Made by a program: the position numbers and the translations under genes. Source: Citreicoccus inhibens (GTDB taxonomy: Bacteria > Myxococcota > Myxococcia > Myxococcales > Myxococcaceae). From it: 32,000 nucleotides of DNA. Positions 16,236 to 24,646 of the stretch are shown one piece after another. The notes below the pieces were generated by a model, which worked only from the letters and a program-made list of their open reading frames with translations, was not told the DNA's origin and searched no databases. Within the stretch, counting starts at the first letter, position 1. The number at the start of each line of letters is the position of its first letter. The stretch covers positions 78,099 to 110,098 of the forward strand of contig NZ_JAHNZT010000030.1 in assembly GCF_019039035.1 (NCBI RefSeq), written 5' to 3'.

Positions 16236-18386
16236 CTACCAGACGCGCACGCGCTGCTCGGGCGTCAGGTACAGCTCCTGGCCCGGCTTCACGTCGAACG
16301 CCTCGTACCAACCGTCCTCGTTGCGCACCGTGGACGCGCGGAACTCGCCGGGCGCGTGGCCATCCGTCATGAGCAGCTGACGCAGCAGCGGCTCGCGGAA
16401 CTTGGTGCGCCACACCTGCGCGAAGCCAAGGAAGAAGCGCTGCTCACCGGTGAAGCCGTCCTTCAGCTGCGCCGGCGTGTTCCCCAGCGACAGCCGGTAG
16501 GCGTCATGCGAGATGGCCAGGCCGGCCACGTCCGCGATGTTCTCGCCCAGGGTCAGCTCACCGTTCACCGCCATGTCCGGCAGCGGCCGGTAGGCGCTGA
16601 ACTGCGCCGCGAGCGCCTGTCCCGCCGCCTTGAAGCGCTGCAGGTCGCTGTCCGTCCACCAGTTGGCCAGCTTGCCGTGCGCGTCGAACTTCGCGCCCAC
16701 GTCGTCGAAGCTGTGGACGATTTCATGGCCAATCACCGTGCCGATACCGCCGTAGTTCACGGCCGGGTCCGCGTTCGGGTCGAAGAACGGCGGCTGGAGG
16801 ATGGCGGCGGGGAAGATGATGGAGTTCTGCTGCGGCGAGTTCAGCGCGTTCACCTCCTGCGGCACCATGAACCACTCGGCGCGGTCCACCGGGCCGTTCA
16901 GCTTCGCCAGGTTGCGCTGGTACTCGAACAGCGAGGCGCGCTGGGCGTTGCCGAACGCGTCGCTCCGGTCCACCTTCAGCGCCGAGTAGTCGCGGAACCG
17001 CACGGGGTGGCCAATGCCCACCTGGAGCGTGGCCAGCTTCTCCTTCGCGCGCGCCTTGGTCTCCGGAGACATCCACGCGAGCGCGTCGATGCGCTTGCCG
17101 AAGGCCGCGATGATGTTGCGCACCATCGTGTCCGCCTGGACCTTGGCCTCCGCCGGGAAGTACTTCTCCACGTAGAGCTTGCCCACCGCCTCGCCCAGCG
17201 CGCCGTTCGTCATGGACACGCCGCGCTTCCACCGCTCGCGCAGCTGCTGCGCGCCGGAGAGCACCTTGCCGTTGAAGGCGAAGTTCTCATCGACGAAGGC
17301 CTTGGAGAGGAACGGCGCGCCGCGCGCGATGGCGCGGAAGGCCAGGTAGTCCTTCCAGCTCTGGAGGGGCTCTGCGCCCACCAGCTTCGCCATGCCCGTG
17401 ATGGCGCTCGGCTGCCACACGAGGATCTGCTTCTGCCCGGACAGGCCCGCGGCCTTGAAGTACGCGGCCCAGTCGAGCCCCGGCGCCTTCTTGGCGAACG
17501 CCTCCTGGGCCCACGGGTTGTTCGTCTTGGTGACGTCCTGCGTGTCCACCTGGGGCCAGTGCGTCGCGGCGATCTTCTTCTCCAGCGCGAACACGCGGCT
17601 GGCGCGCGCCTCCGCGTCGGAGAAGCCCGCCAGCTTCATCATCGCGGCGATGTGGCCCTGGTAGGCCTGCCGCACCTCGCGGAAGCGGGGGCTGTCCACC
17701 AGGTAGAAGTCGCGGTCCGGCAGCCCCAGGCCGCCCTGCATCAGGTACGGGGCGTAGCGCTCGGGGGCGTTCAGGTCCTCGGTCACCCACAGGCCGAAGA
17801 CGCGGTCCGTCGTCACATCGCCCGTGTTGAGCGCGTCGACGTCCGCGCGCAGCGTGGCGCCCAGCTCGGTGGCCAGCGCGCGCCGGTTCGCGATGCCCGC
17901 GATGCGCTCCAGCTCGGGCTTCAGGGGCGCGGCGCCCTTGGCCTCGATGGCCGCCTCATCCATGAAGCTGGCGAAGTAGTCGCCAATCTTGCGGGCCTCG
18001 CTGTCCGCGGGGGCCTCGGTGCGCGCGGCGTCCTCGATCAACGACCGGGTGCGCGCGGCGGCCTGCTCGGCCAGGGCCGTGAACATGCCGAAGTTGGAGC
18101 GGTCCGCCGGAATCTCCGCCGTCTTCATCCAGGTGCCGCTGGCGTACCGGTAGAAGCTGTCACCCGGCTTGACGGTGGCATCCATGCCAGCGGCGTCAAA
18201 GCCGAAGGTGCCGAACATGGGCTTGGGCGCCGGAGCGGGCGCGGCCACCACCGGGGCGGCCTCCGTCACGGGAGGGGCCGGCTTCTCCGCGGGAGTCGTG
18301 GTCGCGCAAGCGGCCAGCAGGGCCGTGGCACAGGCGGAGAGCGTCGCACGCGCGGCGCCCGGCAGTCGTTGAGAGGAGTCGTTCAT
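16236..18386 (-). CDS. M13-family zinc metallopeptidase (PepO/endothelin-converting-enzyme-like), lipoprotein
   Basis: Signal peptide with lipobox: ATLSACATALLAAC. Zinc site VIGHEIVHSFDD and NGELTLGENIADVAGL. ATG at 18386. The upstream part of ORF 16236..18758 is non-coding. Confidence 0.92.
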   Translation of the reverse strand: MNDSSQRLPGAARATLSACATALLAACATTTPAEKPAPPVTEAAPVVAAPAPAPKPMFGTFGFDAAGMDATVKPGDSFYRYASGTWMKTAEIPADRSNFGMFTALAEQAAARTRSLIEDAARTEAPADSEARKIGDYFASFMDEAAIEAKGAAPLKPELERIAGIANRRALATELGATLRADVDALNTGDVTTDRVFGLWVTEDLNAPERYAPYLMQGGLGLPDRDFYLVDSPRFREVRQAYQGHIAAMMKLAGFSDAEARASRVFALEKKIAATHWPQVDTQDVTKTNNPWAQEAFAKKAPGLDWAAYFKAAGLSGQKQILVWQPSAITGMAKLVGAEPLQSWKDYLAFRAIARGAPFLSKAFVDENFAFNGKVLSGAQQLRERWKRGVSMTNGALGEAVGKLYVEKYFPAEAKVQADTMVRNIIAAFGKRIDALAWMSPETKARAKEKLATLQVGIGHPVRFRDYSALKVDRSDAFGNAQRASLFEYQRNLAKLNGPVDRAEWFMVPQEVNALNSPQQNSIIFPAAILQPPFFDPNADPAVNYGGIGTVIGHEIVHSFDDVGAKFDAHGKLANWWTDSDLQRFKAAGQALAAQFSAYRPLPDMAVNGELTLGENIADVAGLAISHDAYRLSLGNTPAQLKDGFTGEQRFFLGFAQVWRTKFREPLLRQLLMTDGHAPGEFRASTVRNEDGWYEAFDVKPGQELYLTPEQRVRVW

Positions 18387-18654
18387 GAAGGGTTCCTGGA
18401 GCGGCCTCAGGGTCGGCCGCGCGCGGATGATGCCATCAGCGCCCGGAAATCCTGACGCTTCCGTCACGAACCGCCCATCCCCGCCCTTATTCGCCACCCT
18501 CCGTCCGGACCTGGGACCGCGCCTCCCTGCCTCCCCCGGAGTTCTCGGCTTCACGGGAGCGCCACCGGGCCTGGGAGTGTCTACCTGTACCGGGAAGGGT
18601 GCGCGGAGCCTCGGGCGGGGGCGACCGAGGGAGCGCCCTGGGGAGACGCACGGC

Positions 18655-20598
18655 ATGGCCCACGCGGCAGGCGAGCTCGAGGTCGTGATGGACGCCGCCG
18701 TGGATCCCCTCGTGGTGTGCGGCACGGACGAGCGCATCCTCCACGTGAACGCCGCCACGGAGCGCCTGCTCGGCTGGAGTCGCGCGCGGCTGTTGGGGCA
18801 GCCCGTGTCGCGGCTCTTCCCCGTCCGGCTGCGGACGTTCGCGGGGCACAGCCTGCCGCGCTACCTGCTGTCGCGGCGCGCCGCGCTCGGGGGCCGGCCC
18901 ATCCGGGTCTTCGCGCTGCGCGAGGACGGCGTGGAGGTGCTGGTGGAGCTGACGGTGGGCACGGCGGGCGAAGGGGAGCACGCGCGCATCGCGCTCACCT
19001 TCCGCGGCTTGCACGAGGTCATCGACACGCTGGAGGACCCGGTGGAGCAAGCAGAGCCCGGCATGTCACGGCACCTGGACGACCGGGCGAGGGACCGCCT
19101 GTACCGGCTGCTGGTGGAGAACGCGCCGCTCGGCATCTTCCACTTCGACCGCACGCCGGTGGTGACCGCGTGCAACGAGCGCTTCGTGGACATGCTCGGC
19201 TCCACGAAGCGGGTCATCGTGGGGCTCAACCTGCTCACGCTGCGCGACGACCGGTTGATGGACGCGGTGCGCGAGACGCTGAAGGGCCACGCCTCGGACT
19301 TCGAGGGGGACTACGTCGCCATGACCAGCGGCAAGGTGACGCCGGTGCGGGTCCGCTTCGCGCCCTGCTACGCGGAGGACGGCCTCACGGTGGAAGGCGG
19401 CGTGGGGCTGGTGGAAGACATCAGCGAGCACCGCCACACCGAGGCGGAGCGCGAGCGCCACCTCGCGCAGCTCGACATGCTCTTTCACAGCGCCCCCATC
19501 GGGCTGGGGTTCGTGGACACGAACCTGCGCTACGCGCGCGTCAACGACGTGCTGGCCCGCATCAACGGCGTGCCCGCCGAGGCGCACCTGGGCCGCCGTC
19601 CGCACGAGGTGCTCGGCCCCGCGGGCGTGCCCATCGAGCGGATGATCCGCCAGGTGATGGAGACCGGCGAGCCCGCGGTGAAGCACGAGGTGCGCACCGA
19701 CGTGGACCTGGGCGCGCCAGGGCCGCGTCGCTACCTGGCGGGCAGCTTCTATCCGGTGCGCGCGCCAGACGGACGCATGCTGGGCGTGGGCATCCTGGTG
19801 GAAGACATCAGCGAGCGCCGCCGCGCGGAGGAGGAGCGCAACCGCCTCTACCGCGAGGCCCAGGAGGCCATCCGCGTGCGCGACGACTTCCTGTCCATCG
19901 CGAGCCATGAGCTGAAGACGCCGCTCACCCCGCTCAGCCTCCGGCTGGAGACCCTGGAGCGGAAGCTGGAGCGAGGCGAGCCCGTGGACGCGTCCGTGCT
20001 GCACCGCGCGCGGCGACAGCTGCTGCGGCTGACGGGGCTCATCAACGACTTGTTGGACGCCTCACGCATCGAGGCGGGGCGGCTGGCCCTGCACCCGGAG
20101 CCCACGCGCTTCGACACGTTGGTGGAGAACGGCGTGCGCGCGATGGAGGCCCAGCGCGAGGACCACCTCATCACCTTCGAACATCCGCGCGAGCCCGTGC
20201 GGGTCCATGGTGACTCGTACCGCTTGGAGCAGGTGGTGACGAACCTGTTGGAGAACGCGCTGAAGTACAGCCCGGACGGCGGCACCATCCGTGTGGCGCT
20301 GACGGTGCGCGGGGACGTGGCGCTGTTGTCGGTGACGGACCCGGGCATCGGGATTCCACCGGACCAGCAGGCGCTCCTGTTCGACCGCTACTTCCGCGCG
20401 CGCAATGTCTCCGCGCGCTCGTATGGCGGCCTGGGGCTGGGGCTGTACATCAGCCGCGACATCGTCGAGCGACACGGCGGTCGCATCTGGGTGGAGAGCG
20501 AGGTGGGGCACGGCTCCACCTTCTACGTGGCGCTGCCGTTGCAGCCCGCGGCGCACGTGTCGCCGGACACTTCGCACGCGGGCCCTCCGGCGCACTGA
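18655..20598 (+). CDS. Cytoplasmic multi-PAS sensor histidine kinase (orphan)
   Basis: About three PAS-like segments. H-box FLSIASHELKTPLTPL, N-box LLENALKYSP, G1 DPGIGIP and G2 GGLGLGLYISR. No TM helix, and no adjacent response regulator. ATG at 18655. Confidence 0.9.
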   Translation: MAHAAGELEVVMDAAVDPLVVCGTDERILHVNAATERLLGWSRARLLGQPVSRLFPVRLRTFAGHSLPRYLLSRRAALGGRPIRVFALREDGVEVLVELTVGTAGEGEHARIALTFRGLHEVIDTLEDPVEQAEPGMSRHLDDRARDRLYRLLVENAPLGIFHFDRTPVVTACNERFVDMLGSTKRVIVGLNLLTLRDDRLMDAVRETLKGHASDFEGDYVAMTSGKVTPVRVRFAPCYAEDGLTVEGGVGLVEDISEHRHTEAERERHLAQLDMLFHSAPIGLGFVDTNLRYARVNDVLARINGVPAEAHLGRRPHEVLGPAGVPIERMIRQVMETGEPAVKHEVRTDVDLGAPGPRRYLAGSFYPVRAPDGRMLGVGILVEDISERRRAEEERNRLYREAQEAIRVRDDFLSIASHELKTPLTPLSLRLETLERKLERGEPVDASVLHRARRQLLRLTGLINDLLDASRIEAGRLALHPEPTRFDTLVENGVRAMEAQREDHLITFEHPREPVRVHGDSYRLEQVVTNLLENALKYSPDGGTIRVALTVRGDVALLSVTDPGIGIPPDQQALLFDRYFRARNVSARSYGGLGLGLYISRDIVERHGGRIWVESEVGHGSTFYVALPLQPAAHVSPDTSHAGPPAH

Positions 20599-20651
20599 AG
20601 CGCGCGCAGGGGGCGTTCCGAAAGAACTTCAGTCCGGGGTGTTGGGCGGTG

Positions 20652-20700
20652 GCCACGCCACCCGGGGGAGCGACAGGAATCACACGCCCCCGGGCGTGGC
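20652..20700. other. Imperfect long inverted repeat (possible terminator of the kinase gene or a regulatory site)
   Basis: GCCACG-cca-CCCGGGGG ... 18-nt loop ... CCCCCGGG-CGTGGC gives 8-bp and 6-bp stems separated by a 3-nt bulge. It lies 54 nt after the HK stop. Confidence 0.35.
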
Positions 20701-20712
20701 ACGCGGGCTGCT
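20697..20712 (+). promoter_or_regulatory. Candidate sigma-54 (-24/-12) promoter
   Basis: TGGCAC-GCGGG-CTGCT compared with consensus TGGCAC-N5-TTGCW: the GG-N10-GC spacing is exact, with one mismatch. It lies about 30 nt upstream of the small ORF starting at 20732/20741. Confidence 0.3.
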
Positions 20713-20740
20713 GTCGGAGTCAGGCGGGAGGATGCAAGCC

Positions 20741-20908
20741 ATGACGACGGACACGCCCGCGCTGACGCGTGACAAGGAAGGATGGATCGTCCGTGTGAAG
20801 TTGGGAGGACGGGTGCAGGAGGTTCGCTGCACCACCGAGAGCCAGGCCCGCTACGTCGCGGCGATGTTCGCCCTCCACGCGGCCCGCCCTCCCACGCTGC
20901 GCAACTGA
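20741..20908 (+). CDS. Small hypothetical protein (55 aa)
   Basis: MTTDTPALTRDKEGWIVRVKLGGRVQEVRCTTESQARYVAAMFALHAARPPTLRN. GGGAGG at 20725-20730 lies 10 nt upstream of the ATG at 20741 (alternative ATG at 20732). GC3 is high. I recognise no family. Confidence 0.45.
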   Translation: MTTDTPALTRDKEGWIVRVKLGGRVQEVRCTTESQARYVAAMFALHAARPPTLRN

Positions 20909-20910
20909 CT

Positions 20911-21561
20911 TCACCACCCGTTCTTCTGGCCGTACTCCTGCGCCTCGGACGTGAACTTGTGGGTGGACGCGGACATGGTCCACACGAAGTTGGCGCGGAG
21001 CTGATCCGGATCATTGATGCCCGGCGTCGGCTTGGGAGGAATTGGCACCTCGGCCTGGACGAAGACCGCCGTGCCGCCGCCGCCGTTGCCCTGGGCGTTG
21101 GGCAGGTTGGACAGCTCGGTGCGGATGGTGGAGAGGAACGAGGTCAGCTCCGTCGCGCGCACGCCCGTGAGGTAGAAGAACGTCTGGAGACTCTGGACGT
21201 CGAAGCCGTACGCGACGAACTGGGACTTGTCGGTGGGGTGGCGGTACACGGACACGTACGCGCTGCGCACCGTCACGGGGATGAACGGCGTGCCCACGGG
21301 CCAGTTGGCGACCTTGGTCGCCGCGGCTGGCAGCGTGGGCAGGGTGGGCACGGAGGTGACGACGCACGTCGCCCCCGCGTCCACGCCGGCGTCCACGCCC
21401 GCGTCCGCCAACGGCAGGTAGATGATGGGCGGCAGCGTGGTGACGGTGGACTGCTGCGTCACCTGCGCGGGCGCCTCCCCAGGCGGGACTTCTCCGGCCT
21501 CCAGGCCACAGGCCACCCACGCCAACGCCGAGCACACTCCGAGCACGAAGGCTCGCTTCAT
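20911..21561 (-). CDS. Lipoprotein, function unknown (last gene of the ECF/anti-sigma-CHAT operon)
   Basis: MKRAFVLGVCSALAWVACG is a signal peptide with lipobox. Contains an (A/G)VDAG tandem repeat. The start is 35 nt downstream of the CHAT gene stop, on the same strand, and is preceded by GGGGGAAG. Confidence 0.75.
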   Translation of the reverse strand: MKRAFVLGVCSALAWVACGLEAGEVPPGEAPAQVTQQSTVTTLPPIIYLPLADAGVDAGVDAGATCVVTSVPTLPTLPAAATKVANWPVGTPFIPVTVRSAYVSVYRHPTDKSQFVAYGFDVQSLQTFFYLTGVRATELTSFLSTIRTELSNLPNAQGNGGGGTAVFVQAEVPIPPKPTPGINDPDQLRANFVWTMSASTHKFTSEAQEYGQKNGW

Positions 21562-21596
21562 GGCACTTCCCCCTCTGTCTGGATGATGAGTTGTGA

Positions 21597-24500
21597 CTAC
21601 TCAAAGACAACGACGGTCTGCACCCAACTTCCCGGGTTCCTCCCGAGAAACTCCATCCGCTCGCGCTTCACGGCGACCGAGGGAGACGCTCCCTCGCGCA
21701 CGCGGCGGCGCACGGCCTCGAAGAACGCACCGGCCTCGGCGTCTGGAATGTCCGACGGCGACGCGATGACGGCGCGCGCGCCCGCCTCCAGGAACGCGAC
21801 CGGCAAGCTCCACGGCTCATGCAGATACGGCGCGGTCTCGGCGGCCCGGCACGACGCCAGGATGACCACCGGGGCGCGCGACAAGTGCTGGCGGCGCACC
21901 TCGCCCGCGGTCAGCGCGTAGCGGCCATCCGCCTGCGCGGACAGCACGATGAGCGACGCATCCGAGATGCCCAGGTTCACCAGCCCGTGCGCGTGGATGT
22001 CGATTTCATCCGCGCTCGGCATCTCGGCCAGGACGCGCTCCGGCGTCGCGGCGGCGCCCGTCAGGTCCACGCGGGGCGCGGTGGGCTCGGTGCCCGGCAG
22101 CCACGCGGACAGCCGCGGCAGCCCCAGCGCGGCGGGCGCGTTCACGTCACTGACCACCAGCCGTCTCGGCGCGCCCGAGGCCGCCACCGCGGGCTTCGAG
22201 TCCCCACGCTGATAGCTCCACGCGAAGTCGGGAGGCAGCAACCCCGCCCGCCCATGCAAGGGATAGCGGGCAAAGACAGACACGTGCTCGCAGGGGCGCA
22301 GCGCCTCCAGCACCGGCGCGGACACCAGCGAGGCGACGTCGAACGCGGGCGCGCCGCGGGTGGTGAGCGTGCCCACGGCCTCGCCCTTCGCGCCGCGCGC
22401 GGCCACCAGCATGCGCTCCTCGGCGATCTCCACGCCCAGCAGACAGCGCGTGGGCGCCGCGACGCCAGACTCACGGGCGAACCAGTCGAGCGCCCCCGCG
22501 AAGTCCCCCGCGCGACCGGCCTCCAGGATGAGCAGGGAGTAGCTCGCGGCCCGCGCCTTCTGCGCCCCCGTGTCCTCGCGCGGCAGCTTCTCCGCCGCCG
22601 CGATGAGGTCCTCCAACTGCCGCCGCCCCGCGACGCGGTCGTGCTCCAGCTCGGCGCGCGCGATGGCGTGGTCGACCATCAACAGCAGCCCGGGCCGCTT
22701 GCCGAGCCCCGGCTGCATACGAGCGGACGCCGCGAGCGCGCGCACCGCCTCCAGGTCTCCCGGCCGGGGCGCGACGCGCGACAGGTCCGCGAGGACGAGC
22801 GGGCTCAGGGCGGAGCGCGGCGACCCACACTCCGGCACCGCGCCCAGCTCGGTCCGCGCGGCGTCGAAGCGCAACTCGGAGGCGTCCAGCATCGCGAGCG
22901 TCTCGTGCAGGAAGACCTGGGCGGCGCAGACATCCGGCTGGCGCAGCGCGGACTCCCGCAGGTAGGCGCGCGTGAGCGCGAACGCGTCCCGGAAGCGGGC
23001 AATCTGCCCCAGGTGCTGGAGGAACTGCGTCTCCTGCTCGGGGTCGTTCGAGGCGCGCGCCCGCTCCAGTCCGCGCAGCGCGTGCTCGCGGGCCTCCACC
23101 AGCCGGTGCTGCGACGTGTAGAGGTACGTGAGCACCGACTCCAGCTCGCCGCAGCGCGCGTCCAGCTTGCGCAGCTCACAGGCGGGCAGGGCCTTCAGCA
23201 GCAGCGCCTCCGCGCTCGCCATCTCGCCAGCCGTCAGCCTGGCCTGCGCGCGCTGCAGCTCCGCGTTGACCTGGAACCATGGGTCGCCCACCGCGTCCGC
23301 CGCCCGAGCGTAGTCGTCCAGCGCCGCGGGCAGCCGCCCCAGCAGCGCGAGCGCGCCCAGCAGGATGTCCGAGTCCCCCGAGGCCCGCAGCGCCCGCACG
23401 AACCCATCCGCGCCCGCCATGTCGAAGGCGCCCGCCAGCACCTGGGCGAACGACGTCGCCAGCGGACCTCGCCGCGCGAAGTCCCGCTTCTGCGTCCGCT
23501 CGATGTAGCGGGCCAGCACGTCGCCGCCGTAGTGCGCGTCCAGCTCGCGCGCCTCGGGGAGCAGCGCGCGCACGCGCTCGGCGGTGGGCGCGGTCCAAGC
23601 CGCCAGATACAGGTACTTGCGCGCGAGCGCCGGGGCCTCGCGCACCAGCGTCGCCGGCAGGGGCGTGCCATCCGCCACCAGCGTCTTGTTCGCGGACCAG
23701 GCCTGGTTCCAGTGGTCCTGCCGCGCCTTCGTCTGGCGCCGCACCGCCTCGGCGCGCTCGCGCGCCTCCTGGCTCCAACCCGGCTCGTTCAGCGCGGCCA
23801 CCTGCTCGAAGCCCTCGGCCGCGAGCAGGTCCAGGCCCAGCTCGCGCAACACGAGGCTGCGGTTCCACATCGCCGCCGCGTGCCGGGGCTCCTTCGCGAG
23901 CACACGCTCCAGCAGGACGAGGGCGTCCTCCAGGTCCCCGCGTTGCAGCGCCACCACGGCCCGGTCGCTGTCCACATCCGGAGAAGCAGGCGCGCGCTTC
24001 AAGTCCTCGCGCGCCTGATCCACTTCGCCGCGAAGCAGGTGTCCCGTGCCCAGCCCGTGCAGGTCCCCCGCCGCCTCCAGCTTCGCCAGCGCCTGGAGCG
24101 GCACCAGCTCGCGCGGACGCTCGTCGCCCGAGCGCTTCACGCCGTAGGGCCGATACCCGCTCGCCCCGGACCAGCTCAGCCGAGCCTCCAACGAGCGCGT
24201 GGGCGCCAGGGCCAGCGCCTCCGGCCCCACCACCTGCTCCGAGCCATCCGTCGAGGGCGAGCGGAACAGCGCCACCGTCAGCGCGGCCGTCAACGAACCG
24301 CTCAGCGCCACCGCCGCCACCCAGCGGCGACGCCCGCTCCACGCCGGACGGAAGGCGCGCGAGGGCTTCGCCTCGCGGGGAGCGTGAGGGGCAGGCGCCG
24401 CGGGGACGTCCGCGTCGCGCGGCGGCGACACCACGCGCAGCGGACGGACCTCCTCCTCGGCGTGGATTGCCTCGCCCGCGGACTTGAGCTCGAGGATGAC

Positions 24501-24644
24501 GTCCAGCGCATCCATGCAGCGCTCGCAAGTGACCAGGTGCTCACGGAAGGACGCGGCCTCCTCCGGCGACAGCTCGTCATCCGCGAACAGGTGAACCTGG
24601 TCGTGGATGTCCAGCATGTCGAGGTCACGCTCGGAGTCGCTCAT
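21597..24644 (-). CDS. Transmembrane zinc anti-sigma factor (zf-HC2) fused to periplasmic TPR repeats and a C-terminal CHAT (caspase-like) protease domain
   Basis: 1015 aa. ZAS motif H36-x3-C40-x2-C43 (FREHLVTCERC, nt 24516-24539). One TM helix, WVAAVALSGSLTAALTVALF (residues 108-127, nt 24264-24323), preceded by RRR. A long Ala/Leu/Arg TPR-like region follows. C-terminal CHAT dyad contexts are EIDIHAHGLV (H886, nt 21987-21989) and PVVILASCRAAE (C932, nt 21849-21851). The ATG is 2 nt after the sigma gene stop. Confidence 0.9.
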   Translation of the reverse strand: MSDSERDLDMLDIHDQVHLFADDELSPEEAASFREHLVTCERCMDALDVILELKSAGEAIHAEEEVRPLRVVSPPRDADVPAAPAPHAPREAKPSRAFRPAWSGRRRWVAAVALSGSLTAALTVALFRSPSTDGSEQVVGPEALALAPTRSLEARLSWSGASGYRPYGVKRSGDERPRELVPLQALAKLEAAGDLHGLGTGHLLRGEVDQAREDLKRAPASPDVDSDRAVVALQRGDLEDALVLLERVLAKEPRHAAAMWNRSLVLRELGLDLLAAEGFEQVAALNEPGWSQEARERAEAVRRQTKARQDHWNQAWSANKTLVADGTPLPATLVREAPALARKYLYLAAWTAPTAERVRALLPEARELDAHYGGDVLARYIERTQKRDFARRGPLATSFAQVLAGAFDMAGADGFVRALRASGDSDILLGALALLGRLPAALDDYARAADAVGDPWFQVNAELQRAQARLTAGEMASAEALLLKALPACELRKLDARCGELESVLTYLYTSQHRLVEAREHALRGLERARASNDPEQETQFLQHLGQIARFRDAFALTRAYLRESALRQPDVCAAQVFLHETLAMLDASELRFDAARTELGAVPECGSPRSALSPLVLADLSRVAPRPGDLEAVRALAASARMQPGLGKRPGLLLMVDHAIARAELEHDRVAGRRQLEDLIAAAEKLPREDTGAQKARAASYSLLILEAGRAGDFAGALDWFARESGVAAPTRCLLGVEIAEERMLVAARGAKGEAVGTLTTRGAPAFDVASLVSAPVLEALRPCEHVSVFARYPLHGRAGLLPPDFAWSYQRGDSKPAVAASGAPRRLVVSDVNAPAALGLPRLSAWLPGTEPTAPRVDLTGAAATPERVLAEMPSADEIDIHAHGLVNLGISDASLIVLSAQADGRYALTAGEVRRQHLSRAPVVILASCRAAETAPYLHEPWSLPVAFLEAGARAVIASPSDIPDAEAGAFFEAVRRRVREGASPSVAVKRERMEFLGRNPGSWVQTVVVFE

Positions 24645-24646
24645 GG

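Noticed and set aside
16356-18455. 699-aa plus-strand ORF opposite the M13 peptidase
   Set aside because: Low-complexity R/A/G/L/V translation. The opposite strand encodes a full M13 peptidase with a lipobox and zinc motifs.
18453-18466. TGACG-N4-CGTCA inverted repeat in the M13/HK divergent region
   Set aside because: The arms are only 5 bp in a 70% GC background, so chance occurrence is plausible and no matching regulator is nearby. It is noted but not called.
21377-21409. Short 12-bp tandem repeat (gcgtccacgccg x about 2.7)
   Set aside because: It lies inside the lipoprotein CDS and simply encodes the DAGVDAGVDAG peptide repeat. It is too short and has no spacers, so it is not a CRISPR array or a mobile-element repeat.
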